A stretch of DNA of 64,000 nt, taken from NCBI GenBank assembly GCA_040384445.1, contig JAZKJG010000002.1, positions 160,823 through 224,822 of the forward strand. The letters run 5' to 3'. The translations under genes and the position numbers were made by a program. The notes under the pieces were generated by a model. That model worked only from the letters and a program-made list of their open reading frames with translations. It was not told the DNA's origin and did no database searches. Source of the stretch: Patescibacteria group bacterium. GTDB lineage: Bacteria; Patescibacteriota; Minisyncoccia; Phycocordibacterales; CAIZLB01. Below are positions 9,472 through 19,375 of the stretch, piece after piece (position 1 is the first letter of the stretch; every line of letters begins with the position of its first letter).

Positions 9472-10524
9472 ACTCAACAAACACTGCACGATACAATACA
9501 AAAGATTTTCACTGAAAAGCGAGGAATACTTGCCGCTGATGAAAGCGTGGCTTCTATTCATAAGCGTTTTGAGGCTTTGCAGGTTCCTCAAAATGAGTCT
9601 AACCGACTGGCCTACAGAACCCTCCTTATTGGTACTCCTAACCTAAGCGAAAAGATTAGTGGTGTGATTTTCCACGATGAGACATTTCGGCAAAAGATCG
9701 ATGGTAAGACATTTGCAGAATACTGTACTGAAAACAACATAGTTCCAGGTATAAAAGTGGATAAAGGACTTATGGATTTGCCTAACTTTCCAGGAGAAAA
9801 ACTAACTCTAGGAATCGACGGTTTGAAAGAAAGAATGGAGGAGTACTACGCTCTCGGTGCACGTTTTTGTAAATGGAGAGCGGTTGTTGATGTACACGGA
9901 TCAACAGAAGAAGGTATTGCAGCAAACATGAGAAATCTTGCCTTGTATGCATCTATTGCACAGCAAGCAGGAATTGTACCTATGGTAGAGCCTGAAGTGT
10001 TATATGACGGTACACACCTTATTCATGAGACTCGAGATGTGATGACAAAAACACTTACTCATTTGTTCGGAGAGTTGGCGTTGTATAGAGTAGATATGAC
10101 TGGTCTTATCTTGAAAACCTCAATGGTACTTCCAGGACTTAAGAGTGGTGAAGAAGTTGAAAATTCAGAAGTTGCAAAAGAAACAGCATTAGTACTTCGA
10201 ACATGTGTGCCAAAAAATATTGGAGGTATTGTATTTTTATCTGGTGGACAAACTCCAATCCAGGCTACAGAAAATCTTTCTAAAATAATGCAGCAAGGCC
10301 CATATGATTTTCCGATGACATATTCATATTCACGAGCTATCCAGGATCCTGTACTTCATTATTTTGCAAAACATTTACAAGAAGATTATGCGCGTGAAGC
10401 ACGAGTGATACTTCTTGATCGTCTTGCAATGAATACTCTTGCACTGAACGGGGAATATGTAGCTGCAAATGAAACTGGAATTTCTGCACATGCTGATACA
10501 GTGACGCACAGTCAGGATCTATAA
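9472..10524 (+). CDS. fba: fructose-bisphosphate aldolase, class I
   Basis: RGILAADES, GIKVDKG and the LEGT-like core are typical of class-I (Schiff-base) FBA. The likely start is MTQQTL at 9472 (ORF from 9451). Confidence 0.8.
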   Translation, partial: TQQTLHDTIQKIFTEKRGILAADESVASIHKRFEALQVPQNESNRLAYRTLLIGTPNLSEKISGVIFHDETFRQKIDGKTFAEYCTENNIVPGIKVDKGLMDLPNFPGEKLTLGIDGLKERMEEYYALGARFCKWRAVVDVHGSTEEGIAANMRNLALYASIAQQAGIVPMVEPEVLYDGTHLIHETRDVMTKTLTHLFGELALYRVDMTGLILKTSMVLPGLKSGEEVENSEVAKETALVLRTCVPKNIGGIVFLSGGQTPIQATENLSKIMQQGPYDFPMTYSYSRAIQDPVLHYFAKHLQEDYAREARVILLDRLAMNTLALNGEYVAANETGISAHADTVTHSQDL

Positions 10525-10548
10525 AATTAAATTTACATTAAAACAATT

Positions 10549-11331
10549 ATGGAGAAAAAACATAAAACAATCTTAACACTACTCGTACTGTTCTTGCTCG
10601 GATCAGCGATTTACTTTTTGACATATGGTGGAAATAGAAAAGAGCAGACACCAATAACCGCAACATCTACTGCAACAACGACAGTAACTACATTTGAAAT
10701 TAAAACAGAATATTTTTCTGACTCATCATCTGAATATGATGCTCTTGTGGAATATCCGCAATTTGTGGGAGCAAAATCTGGAACTGTAGAAGAAAGAATG
10801 AACGCGCAATTTAAAAAAGAATCTAAAGCTGTGTATGAGCAAACAGCAACTGAACTAGCAGATGCTGCGTCAGCTATAGCTGGAAGAGATATTATTTTCC
10901 AAAGAAAATTACAATCTGATAAAACATATATCAACAATGAGACCAGTGTGATGTCGTTAGTGTATTCACAATATATTGATACTGGAGGAGCGCACGGAAC
11001 ATTCCTGTATGTGTCTCAGTCAGTTGATTTGAAAACTGGTAAAAAGCTTATGCTCTCAGATTTATTCAAAGGAGATTATGAAAGTGTGTTACGTAAAGAA
11101 ATAGATAAACAAATTCGATCTGCTGCAACTACATGTCTACGATGTGATTCACTTGCTGATGAACTTTCAAATTTGAATGTTCAACTTCCAGATCATTTCT
11201 TGTTAAGTGATCAAGGGATTACATTCTTGTTTGGTGCGTATGAATTAGGTTCTTATGCAGCAACTGCAAGTGGGCAAGAGGTGTTTGTACATAAGGATTT
11301 GTTGAATGAGTACATCCTTAGAGCTTGGTAG
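10549..11331 (+). CDS. secreted DUF3298/DUF4163 (RsiV-like) domain protein
   Basis: N-terminal TM/signal. YSQYIDTGGAHGTF motif, characteristic of DUF3298. Confidence 0.5.
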   Translation: MEKKHKTILTLLVLFLLGSAIYFLTYGGNRKEQTPITATSTATTTVTTFEIKTEYFSDSSSEYDALVEYPQFVGAKSGTVEERMNAQFKKESKAVYEQTATELADAASAIAGRDIIFQRKLQSDKTYINNETSVMSLVYSQYIDTGGAHGTFLYVSQSVDLKTGKKLMLSDLFKGDYESVLRKEIDKQIRSAATTCLRCDSLADELSNLNVQLPDHFLLSDQGITFLFGAYELGSYAATASGQEVFVHKDLLNEYILRAW

Positions 11332-11353
11332 ACGGATATGCTAGAATGAATAT

Positions 11354-12052
11354 ATGAAATTACGAGGTATATATGTTCTTATAGCTATTTTTGTCATTGG
11401 TATTTTTTCACATGCCAGTGCAGCAACAAGTTCTGTCTACAAGGACTTTAAGTTAAAAGTTCCTTATTATAAGCAACAATATCCAAACAGTTGTGAGGCA
11501 TCTGCACTTCGAATGGCTTTGGCATATCGAGGGATTAAAAAGAATGATATTCAAGTTCTCACTCAATTTGGCTACAACCCAAGAGTAAAGGATTGGACTA
11601 ATAATCGTTGGGATGATCCTCAAAAGCAGTATGTAGGTTTTGTTGATGTGTCTGGACGACCAAACGGCGGGTATGGAGTGTATGGAAAACCAGTACTTCG
11701 AGCGGTTGAGAGTTTTGGTAGGACTGGTGAATATGCAACTGGAACTGCTATTACGGCACAATTTTTGACTCGTGAACTTGATCTGGGCAATCCTATTGTG
11801 ATTTGGGGGTATACATCAATAACAGAACCTATGTACACATGGACAACTCCAGAAGGTGTTCTTGTAAAAGCGATTCGTGGAGAACACGCAAGAACAGTCG
11901 TAGGGTACAAGGGAACTGCGGAAAATCCTGTAGGATTTTATGTGCATGATCCATTTACAGGCAAAGCAAATGTGTACTGGACAACAAAGTCCCTTATGGA
12001 TCATATGCAAAAGGTACCAGGGGTGACGAATCAAGCGGTTGTGGTAAGATAA
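11354..12052 (+). CDS. secreted C39-like cysteine peptidase domain protein (Peptidase_C39_2-like)
   Basis: Signal peptide. Q-x3-NSCEASALRMAL arrangement around the putative catalytic Cys, with His/Asp candidates later. Confidence 0.45.
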   Translation: MKLRGIYVLIAIFVIGIFSHASAATSSVYKDFKLKVPYYKQQYPNSCEASALRMALAYRGIKKNDIQVLTQFGYNPRVKDWTNNRWDDPQKQYVGFVDVSGRPNGGYGVYGKPVLRAVESFGRTGEYATGTAITAQFLTRELDLGNPIVIWGYTSITEPMYTWTTPEGVLVKAIRGEHARTVVGYKGTAENPVGFYVHDPFTGKANVYWTTKSLMDHMQKVPGVTNQAVVVR

Positions 12053-12056
12053 GGCT

Positions 12057-13259
12057 ATGGAAATATTACTCATTGTTCAGACAATACTTATAGTTGTTTT
12101 ACTGGCCTTATTTTTTATACATACAAAGAAGAAAAGTGTTGTAAATGAAGATCCTAAAATTGCGGAGATGATAAAAGATCTTGGGCGTCTTGAAGCTGTA
12201 TTTAAGGATGAAATGTCACGAAATCGTCTTGAGACAAGTAGTGGACAAAAAGATATTCGAACTGAGATTAGTCAGAATTTGAATTCAACTTTGAATTCGC
12301 TTACATTAACTGTAGAAACTAAGCTTACAACGCTACAGCAAGATAACTCAAAGAAATTAGATATGATGCGAGAAACAGTAGATGAAAAATTACACGCAAC
12401 ACTCGAGAAAAGATTCGGTGAGTCATTTAAACTTGTATCAGATAGACTTGATCAGGTACATAAAGGGCTTGGAGAAATGCAAACAATTGCTGTTGGGGTA
12501 GGAGACCTTAAAAAAGTTTTAAGTAATATTAAAACCCGAGGTTCTTGGGGTGAGGCACAACTTGGAAATCTTATCGAAGAAATTATGACCACTGAACAAT
12601 ATGGAGTTCAAGTGAAGACAAAGAAAAATAGTGCAGATGTGGTTGATTATGCTATCAAGCTTCCAGGTCAGGGAGAGAAGGATCATATTTGGCTTCCTAT
12701 TGATGCAAAGTTCCCAATAGAAGATTATCAAAGGCTTATTGAGGCAGAAGAAGTTGGCGACTTGGCGGCTATTGCACTTAATAGAAAACAACTTGATACT
12801 CGTATTAGAGAAGAGTCAAAAAAGATTCACACAAAATATATTGATACACCACACACAACTGACTTTGGTATTTTGTTTGTGCCTATTGAAAGTTTGTATG
12901 GAGAAATTCTTCGAATTCCAGGATTGTTTGAATTCGTGCGAAGAGAGTATAAAGTTATTATTACAGGTCCAACAACCATTCAGGCAATTCTCAACAGTTT
13001 GAATATGGGATTTCGAACGCTTGCTATTCAGAAGAGATCAAGTGAGGTGTGGGATATTTTAAATGGAGTGAAGACAGAGTTTGGAAAGTTCGGGGATATT
13101 CTTGAAAAGACACATAAGAAGTTGCAGGAGGCAGGGAATACGATTGAGAATGCAATGGTCCGGAGTAGAGCGATTGAGAAGAAGCTTGGGAAGGCTGGGG
13201 ATGCGCCTGGGATTGGTGAGGCGGAGATTGATGTGAAGGAGATTGTGGAGATTGAGTAA
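12057..13259 (+). CDS. rmuC: DNA recombination protein RmuC homolog
   Basis: N-terminal TM, long coiled-coil, and a conserved C-terminal RmuC region (ITGPTTIQAILNSLNMGFRTLAIQKRSSEVW). Confidence 0.65.
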   Translation: MEILLIVQTILIVVLLALFFIHTKKKSVVNEDPKIAEMIKDLGRLEAVFKDEMSRNRLETSSGQKDIRTEISQNLNSTLNSLTLTVETKLTTLQQDNSKKLDMMRETVDEKLHATLEKRFGESFKLVSDRLDQVHKGLGEMQTIAVGVGDLKKVLSNIKTRGSWGEAQLGNLIEEIMTTEQYGVQVKTKKNSADVVDYAIKLPGQGEKDHIWLPIDAKFPIEDYQRLIEAEEVGDLAAIALNRKQLDTRIREESKKIHTKYIDTPHTTDFGILFVPIESLYGEILRIPGLFEFVRREYKVIITGPTTIQAILNSLNMGFRTLAIQKRSSEVWDILNGVKTEFGKFGDILEKTHKKLQEAGNTIENAMVRSRAIEKKLGKAGDAPGIGEAEIDVKEIVEIE

Positions 13260-13289
13260 AAGCTATATGTGTGATATTGTTTCATTATA

Positions 13290-13589
13290 ATGAAGAAAAT
13301 TGTAAATAGTATTGCTTTTATTTTTATCCTGTTACTAATTTTGGTTTTCTTTGTAGGATTAAGTGGTGGAAATGTAGAACCTGGCATCGTGTGGGTGTTT
13401 GGTATTTTGACTATTTTATTTTTATTTGCAGCTTATGGATCTTTTGCGAAAAAAACAGAAACGAATCCGGAGCCTATAAAAGCTACTCAAGGTTATAAAT
13501 TGGCAAAATCATTCTATTACGGAATTCTTATTTTTGGACTGTTGTTTTCATTAACTGTACTGGTTACTTATTTTTTAATGAGACAGTAG
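13290..13589 (+). CDS. small membrane protein (3 predicted TM helices)
   Basis: ORF with hydrophobic segments. No motif. Confidence 0.35.
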   Translation: MKKIVNSIAFIFILLLILVFFVGLSGGNVEPGIVWVFGILTILFLFAAYGSFAKKTETNPEPIKATQGYKLAKSFYYGILIFGLLFSLTVLVTYFLMRQ

Positions 13590-13636
13590 TTATGAAGAGT
13601 AAGGAGGATGTTGACTAGAGGAGTAATATCCGTAGT

Positions 13637-14203
13637 ATGGAGGATGGAAATAAGTCAAACAACGTTAGAACTTTTACTATGGAAACTACTACTTTGCCTG
13701 CATTTGGAAGCCCAGAATTCTGGGAATTTTATGATGAATTTTGCAAACCTGAAAATTTGGAAAAATTTATCAGTGATCTTGAGGTGTCTGATGATGCATC
13801 AGGCAAAATGCACCTCATTATGCATGCAGCTCATCTGACTCGAGAAATTCACAAACTCAAACGTCCTGAAAAAGGGTGGAAGAATCACCATGCATGGTTG
13901 GCACTTAAGCACGCCCCAATCCAAAGGCATGATGGAAATATCTTCACTTCCATGAGTAGAGGTGATGTTATTACAGTTGCTCATCAATGGGATCGAGACA
14001 TAATGATTACGCACAATCCGATTTCTGAGCATGTGTGTGGTTATCTCTTGGGTGGCAAATGGGAGCCTATGATAGGACTATTCATGCCTCTGTTTGATAA
14101 GAAAACAATCATGACCTGTATTGAATTGAGGTGCAAAAAGAATCTCGCTGAAGCCTTAGAAAAGGCTAAAGAGGAGTCTGCGACTTGGTATTGGTATGAA
14201 TAA
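13637..14203 (+). CDS. hypothetical protein (188 aa)
   Basis: Composition looks like a globular protein. Preferred over the overlapping low-complexity ORF 13608-13838. Confidence 0.4.
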   Translation: MEDGNKSNNVRTFTMETTTLPAFGSPEFWEFYDEFCKPENLEKFISDLEVSDDASGKMHLIMHAAHLTREIHKLKRPEKGWKNHHAWLALKHAPIQRHDGNIFTSMSRGDVITVAHQWDRDIMITHNPISEHVCGYLLGGKWEPMIGLFMPLFDKKTIMTCIELRCKKNLAEALEKAKEESATWYWYE

Positions 14204-14212
14204 GATACCCCT

Positions 14213-14247
14213 CCGCCACCAACCCTCCTGGGATGGTGGCGGTTTCT
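14213..14247 (+). terminator. hairpin CCGCCACC-(14 nt)-GGTGGCGG + TTTCTT
   Basis: 8-bp GC stem 10 nt after the stop of the 13637 gene. The tail is T-rich. Confidence 0.45.
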
Positions 14248-14271
14248 TCATTCACAAGCTATACTAAACCC

Positions 14272-14547
14272 ATGGAACAAACCACCCTCGAACATGCAAA
14301 TACATTCTTCTACATCACCTCAATCGCGGTATTTATCCTCATAATCATCCTTTTAGTGGTCCTATATGGAGTCTACCGAGCCTCAAAGTTCGTTAAGCAC
14401 ACTATGGACCGAGTTGAAACACTGATAGACAAGGCAGGGGATTCGGCCGAGGAAAATGGGGCAGCCAAGAAGGTTATCCCATATGTACTCCCAATCCTTG
14501 GCTTTTTCTTCAACAAGAAGAAAAGCTCGACAAGAAAGAAAATGTGA
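14272..14547 (+). CDS. small membrane protein (one TM, basic C-terminus)
   Basis: ORF 14233-14547. The likely start is MEQTTLEH at 14272, after the terminator hairpin. Confidence 0.3.
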   Translation: MEQTTLEHANTFFYITSIAVFILIIILLVVLYGVYRASKFVKHTMDRVETLIDKAGDSAEENGAAKKVIPYVLPILGFFFNKKKSSTRKKM

Positions 14548-14559
14548 TATAATTCAGAT

Positions 14560-14970
14560 ATGACTAAAAACACACCACAAACAAAAACAACAACCGGAGA
14601 GAAAGTTATGATCGGAGCAGGAATCACAGGATTATTAGTTGCAGCAACGTTAGGTGCTAAGTTCTTATTTAATACTAAAAAAGGAAAGCAAAGTCTTAAG
14701 CACATTAAGAGTTGGGCATTTAAAATGAAAGGAGAAGTTCTTGAAAGATTAGAAAAAGCTAAAGAAATTAACGAAGAAACATATAACAAAGTTGTAGAAG
14801 AATTAGGTGAAAAATATAAAAAAATTAAAGGAATGACACTTGATGAAGTTGCAGAAGTTGTATCTGAATTAAAAGGACAATGGAAATCAGTTCATGCAGA
14901 AGTGAAGAAAACTCTAAAGACTCCAAATGCAAAACCGAAAGCTAAACCAAAAACAGCCAAGACAAAATAA
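14560..14970 (+). CDS. YtxH-like membrane-anchored coiled-coil protein
   Basis: N-terminal TM (IGAGITGLLVAATLGA) then a K/E-rich helical region. Its architecture matches the YtxH/DUF948 family. Confidence 0.35.
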   Translation: MTKNTPQTKTTTGEKVMIGAGITGLLVAATLGAKFLFNTKKGKQSLKHIKSWAFKMKGEVLERLEKAKEINEETYNKVVEELGEKYKKIKGMTLDEVAEVVSELKGQWKSVHAEVKKTLKTPNAKPKAKPKTAKTK

Positions 14971-15754
14971 TCAAACTACCTCATGGGGAGGAGTTTCAGA
15001 GTGGTATGATGAATATCTTCAAGATGAAGATACGTACCAAGCTAAAGTTATAGCGCCAAATCTAATCCGTCTACTTAATGTAGGCGGATTTGAGAATGGG
15101 AATGTTGTGCTTGAGCTAGGGTGTGGACAAGGGTATTTTATGCATCATGTTCTAGATAATCTCCCAAAGGGAATTAAGATTGATTTTCACGGTGTAGATA
15201 TTTCAGGTGAACTATTAGAAATCGCCAAAAAAGATTTAGGGAGTGTTGCTACATTTACAAAATCAGATGCATCAAAGTTATCAACTGTAAAAGACAAAAG
15301 TATTGATGTTATGTATTCAGTTCTGGCTCTGCAGAATATGAGTGATCTCAGTGCGGTGATGGGGGAAGTGAAAAGGGTGTTGAAAAAAGAAGGTGCGTTT
15401 GTAGCTGTGATCAATCATCCTACGTTTCGAATTCCAAAACAAAGTGATTGGTATTTTGATAAAGATAGAAATGCCCAAGGTAGAGTGGTGTATACATATA
15501 TGTCAGATAAGAAATTTGCCATTGATATGCATCCAGGTAAAACTGCAGTAGGGGAAAAGAAAGAAGAAACATTTTCTTTTCATCATCCTCTCCAGTATTA
15601 TACAAAAATATTTGCCAAACACGGGCTGGTGATTACGAGACTAGAGGAGTGGATTTCACACAAGAAAAGTGAAGAGGGTCCTAAAAAACCTATTGAAGAC
15701 AATGCTCGGAAGGAAATCCCATTATTTATGTGCATTGAACTTAATTCAAAATAA
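14927..15754 (+). CDS. class I SAM-dependent methyltransferase
   Basis: Motif I VVLELGCGQGYF and motif post-I IDFHGVDIS. The start is uncertain; the listed ATG overlaps the previous gene by 44 nt. Confidence 0.6.
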   Translation: MQNRKLNQKQPRQNNQTTSWGGVSEWYDEYLQDEDTYQAKVIAPNLIRLLNVGGFENGNVVLELGCGQGYFMHHVLDNLPKGIKIDFHGVDISGELLEIAKKDLGSVATFTKSDASKLSTVKDKSIDVMYSVLALQNMSDLSAVMGEVKRVLKKEGAFVAVINHPTFRIPKQSDWYFDKDRNAQGRVVYTYMSDKKFAIDMHPGKTAVGEKKEETFSFHHPLQYYTKIFAKHGLVITRLEEWISHKKSEEGPKKPIEDNARKEIPLFMCIELNSK

Positions 15755-15769
15755 GTATATATTATAAGC

Positions 15770-16675
15770 ATGTTCAGACTCATCCGTTACACTATATATC
15801 TCGTTGTGCTTTTACTATGCATGTTTTTGCTGCAAGAGTGGGGTGTGGATGTGAAGGGGGGTTTTAAGAAAGGTGCTGATCGAGTGCAGAATTTTATACA
15901 GGGAGCAGAGAAGGAGATTACTGCTTCAAGTACGGGTCCAACAACTGGAGTTGTCGCATCTACGACAGTAAAGTCATATACAAGTACGAGTACAAGTAAA
16001 AATAAACAGCCAACACAAACTGGAATGAGTATTGCAGGTGTGTTGAAATACACAAACATAGAACGAGTAAAAGCTGGATTGAAACCTTTGGTGCTAAATA
16101 AAAAACTTTCAAATTCAGCAGTAGCTAAAGTTGAAGATATGTTTGCATTACAGTATTTTGAACATGATTCACCCGCAGGAAAAACTGCAGCAGACTTGGT
16201 GCGTGAGCAAGGGTATGTGTATCAAAGTGTCGGAGAAAACCTGGCACTTGGAGATTTTGGAACTGACCAAAAGTTGGTAGAAGCTTGGATGAATAGTCCG
16301 CTACATAGAAAAAATATTTTGAACCCAAAATTTTCAGAGTTAGGTCTTGCAGTTGCACGAGGTACTTTTAAAGGTGATATGCAATGGTTAGCTGTACAAC
16401 ATTTTGGTAAACCAGCGCCTGTTTGTGTTGCTGTTCCTACGACACTCAAAGAAGATGTAGATGCTGAAAAAGTTGCACTTGAAGCAGAAGAACAACAATT
16501 GCAAAGTATAGCAAATGAAATTGAATCAGATCCTGAGCAGAATAAATCAAAAGAATTTATTGAAGAATATAATGCACGAGTTGCGTCATATAATGCACGA
16601 CTTGGAAACCTTAGAGATCTTATTAAAGAGTATAATGCAAAAGTGGAAGCGTATAATCAATGTGCTTCTGCATAG
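15770..16675 (+). CDS. secreted CAP/SCP (YkwD-like) domain protein with C-terminal coiled-coil
   Basis: N-terminal TM/signal. CAP-domain motifs (YFEHDSPAG...GENLA...WMNSPLHRKNIL...LGLAV). Confidence 0.55.
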   Translation: MFRLIRYTIYLVVLLLCMFLLQEWGVDVKGGFKKGADRVQNFIQGAEKEITASSTGPTTGVVASTTVKSYTSTSTSKNKQPTQTGMSIAGVLKYTNIERVKAGLKPLVLNKKLSNSAVAKVEDMFALQYFEHDSPAGKTAADLVREQGYVYQSVGENLALGDFGTDQKLVEAWMNSPLHRKNILNPKFSELGLAVARGTFKGDMQWLAVQHFGKPAPVCVAVPTTLKEDVDAEKVALEAEEQQLQSIANEIESDPEQNKSKEFIEEYNARVASYNARLGNLRDLIKEYNAKVEAYNQCASA

Positions 16676-16684
16676 TTTTGATTA

Positions 16685-17785
16685 CTACAGAACAAGATAA
16701 GCTACAATTCCTAGAATATACGGTACAAGTCTTCCTGCTCTAAACATCATAAGGGCAAATGCATCACGTTCATTTACATGCTTATAAAACAATCCTTCCA
16801 TAGCAATCTCGATTAGACTGCATCCAATTCTACTGATGAATAAAAAGAGTGTAAGAAGAAGAAAGTTGTATGGTGTTGCTGGTTTAATAAGTAAACTAAT
16901 AGCGGTGAAAACTGCGGTAATAATAACACCCCAGGTAAACACATTTTTCTCATTATGAACTCTATCTTCCATTGAACCAAAAGGAATTTGAAACAAAATA
17001 AAAGGTATGAGTGTAATTGCGAGTAATATACCAATCTTATCCCATTCATATCCAAAATATGAGTGTAAATAAATCGGAAGAAGCACTCCTGTTATTCCAT
17101 AATATAAATGCAAAATAGACTGTGTAATAAATGAGTTTCGGTCTAGTTTATCTTTCCAAAAATTTTCAAGTTTTTGCTCAAGTGTAAGCTTGTGAATTTC
17201 TTTTGTTAGTGGAGTCAGATCGGGTTCTTGTAAGTATGTATATACAAAGAATAGGAAGGGAAATAGAAGTAAGAAAGATACAATATACACTACAGGTAAA
17301 CTTTGCTCACTTAATGTACTTAAAATGAATGGTACAGTAACAAAGGGGATGTTCCACATTGTAAGATAAATCCCTCTACCTTTTCCTCTGTCTTCGATAT
17401 GTGTATAGCTCTCAAATAGAATATCTAGGTTGTATAAGATGTAAGGAGTGATAAGGTGATGTAAACAAAATGCTGTTATATACACCGCTTGATTTCCTTG
17501 AATACTTCCAAAATACATTGCACCTAGGCAGATCATTTCTGCAAAGGTGAAAAGATACATAACTGTCTTTGTACCTTTAAGCTTAATTGAGGCAAGTGTA
17601 AGATACACAGCAATACCAAAAAGAGAGGCGATACCATATACCAAAAGCACTTCAGTTACTGAAAGATCAAAAAAATATTTTAAAATAGAAGAGTTCGCAA
17701 AGTACACAAATACATGATGGAGTGCGAGAAAGAAGATAGATAAATAGAGTGCTGTGTGAACTCGAATCGCGATGTACTTTTGCAT
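16685..17785 (-). CDS. polytopic membrane protein, MFS-transporter-like (about 12 TM)
   Basis: 366 aa, hydrophobic throughout with regular TM periodicity. Confidence 0.5.
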   Translation of the reverse strand: MQKYIAIRVHTALYLSIFFLALHHVFVYFANSSILKYFFDLSVTEVLLVYGIASLFGIAVYLTLASIKLKGTKTVMYLFTFAEMICLGAMYFGSIQGNQAVYITAFCLHHLITPYILYNLDILFESYTHIEDRGKGRGIYLTMWNIPFVTVPFILSTLSEQSLPVVYIVSFLLLFPFLFFVYTYLQEPDLTPLTKEIHKLTLEQKLENFWKDKLDRNSFITQSILHLYYGITGVLLPIYLHSYFGYEWDKIGILLAITLIPFILFQIPFGSMEDRVHNEKNVFTWGVIITAVFTAISLLIKPATPYNFLLLTLFLFISRIGCSLIEIAMEGLFYKHVNERDAFALMMFRAGRLVPYILGIVAYLVL

Positions 17786-17805
17786 ATCTCCAAATTATAT
17801 CATAG

Positions 17806-17867
17806 GAATTTTTGATTAGCTTTAAGAACAATCCGTCACTAATGTTCCTAAAGCTAATCAAAAATTC
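17806..17867. repeat. 25-bp-arm inverted repeat (1 mismatch) with 12-nt loop in the 5' leader of the transporter gene
   Basis: GAATTTTTGATTAGCTTTAAGAACA (17806-17830) pairs with TGTTCCTAAAGCTAATCAAAAATTC (17843-17867). It lies 20 nt upstream of the start codon at 17785. Confidence 0.6.
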
Positions 17868-17902
17868 TCAATACTAGAGTTTCAAAATTTGAACATACAA
17901 AA

Positions 17903-17946
17903 TAAAAATCTCGTGCCTGTCTGAGACGTACGAGATTTTTATTTTT
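17903..17946. terminator. bidirectional terminator ATCTCGT-...-ACGAGAT with flanking A/T runs
   Basis: Downstream of the stop (17958) of the DsbA-like gene on the minus strand. Hairpin with T-runs in both orientations. Confidence 0.55.
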
Positions 17947-17957
17947 ATATGTGGTTA

Positions 17958-18752
17958 TTATTTCGCAGCTAACATTTGATCTACGATCTTTTTCATTACA
18001 TCGTATGGTAATGCTCCAAGACCTTGCCCTTGTTCATTTACAAGAGGAATATCTTCACCGTTAAACTGTATTACAGTATAAGGAGTTCCTGCTGCACCTG
18101 CTTTAAGACCTGCTTCGTATGACTCCTTAACCTTTGTTGCATACTTTCCACTGTCAATACATGCTTTAAGTTTTGCTTTATCAACTCCTAGCTTTGATCC
18201 AATCTCAGGTAGAAGTGAAAGATCTAAACCATCATTAGATTTTGTTGTTGAATATAATTCATCAACAAAACTCCAAAATTTATCTTGACCACCAAGTTCA
18301 GCTACACATTCTGTTGCCTCAGCTTCTTTTGCTGCATTTTTATGAAGCGCTTGCTCTCCATATGAAAGAGGGAAATGTCGATACACCCACGCTACTTCGT
18401 CTGCCTTATACTCACTGTGAATTTTTTTCATAGTATCGTGATACACCTTACAGAAAGGACATTCGATATCTGAATATTCGATAATTACAATCTTTGCATC
18501 TTTGTTTCCTCTGATATGATCTGCATCAGTTACTTTGGCGATCTCAAACTCTGGGGCTGCAAGAGCACCTTTTACAAGATCTTGGCCATTACCATCTTTT
18601 TTATTTCCACTTACATAAAGTCCGAAGGCAATAAGTGCACCAGCCACAATAATTGCAATTGGTGTGATTAATTGTTTTTTATCAAAAGTTGATTTTGTTG
18701 AAGTTGCAGGAGTTGAATTTGCTACTTCTGTTTTATTGTATGTTGGTTCCAT
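17958..18752 (-). CDS. DsbA-family thiol:disulfide oxidoreductase, membrane-anchored
   Basis: N-terminal TM. CxxC active site (ECPFCKVYH) in a thioredoxin-fold context. Confidence 0.65.
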   Translation of the reverse strand: MEPTYNKTEVANSTPATSTKSTFDKKQLITPIAIIVAGALIAFGLYVSGNKKDGNGQDLVKGALAAPEFEIAKVTDADHIRGNKDAKIVIIEYSDIECPFCKVYHDTMKKIHSEYKADEVAWVYRHFPLSYGEQALHKNAAKEAEATECVAELGGQDKFWSFVDELYSTTKSNDGLDLSLLPEIGSKLGVDKAKLKACIDSGKYATKVKESYEAGLKAGAAGTPYTVIQFNGEDIPLVNEQGQGLGALPYDVMKKIVDQMLAAK

Positions 18753-18791
18753 TTCGAAATTATACCAAACAATTGGAAATATGTGCCACTT

Positions 18792-19373
18792 TTAAAATGG
18801 CAAACTGTATGTCATACGTACATCTTGCTCAAGACTTTGCTCCCAAACTCGAGTATCTAAGGGTACAACTCGCTTGTCCTTATTGTCCATATAGAATAGT
18901 TTCTGCTCTTTAAGAGCATATTCATACACATCTTTTGTCACTTCAACATCCACCATACAGTAATCTATAATTTTCTGAATTTCACCCTTTTTCCACCACG
19001 TAATAGCTTCAAGACCATTTCCAGATTTTCCTTTGTTAAGCGTTGCTTGTGCAACTGAATCAAGGCCCACCCGTCGCCCAATCACTTTCTGGATTTCTTT
19101 CAAAAGATCTACGTGTCTAAATTTTGTTAAATCACCGTTATAATATTTATTTAGAATAGGAAGGTCAAAGTGATCACCGTTATATGTTACGAGTAAATCA
19201 GCTTTCTCAAGAATTGGCCAAAGGGTAGGGAGTGTTTCGATTGTGTAGCTTGAATATTTTCCTGTATCAGATTCATAAATACACATAATAGACATATCAA
19301 GTGCTGTAGGATCATTACTTCCTGCCATAGCAAATGTGTTTTGTGTTTCAATATCGAGGATAACTTTCTTCAT
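18792..19373 (-). CDS. stand-alone DEDD-family 3'-5' exonuclease (PolB-exonuclease-like, RNase H fold)
   Basis: Exo I DIET, Exo II YNGDHFDLPIL, Exo III YCMVDV. Confidence 0.6.
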   Translation of the reverse strand: MKKVILDIETQNTFAMAGSNDPTALDMSIMCIYESDTGKYSSYTIETLPTLWPILEKADLLVTYNGDHFDLPILNKYYNGDLTKFRHVDLLKEIQKVIGRRVGLDSVAQATLNKGKSGNGLEAITWWKKGEIQKIIDYCMVDVEVTKDVYEYALKEQKLFYMDNKDKRVVPLDTRVWEQSLEQDVRMTYSLPF

Positions 19374-19375
19374 GA

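Noticed and set aside
13608-13838. 76-aa ORF in an alternative frame at the start of the 13637-14203 gene
   Set aside because: Leu/Trp/Cys-rich low-complexity translation. The overlapping 188-aa frame has protein-like composition and extends to the terminator at 14213-14247.
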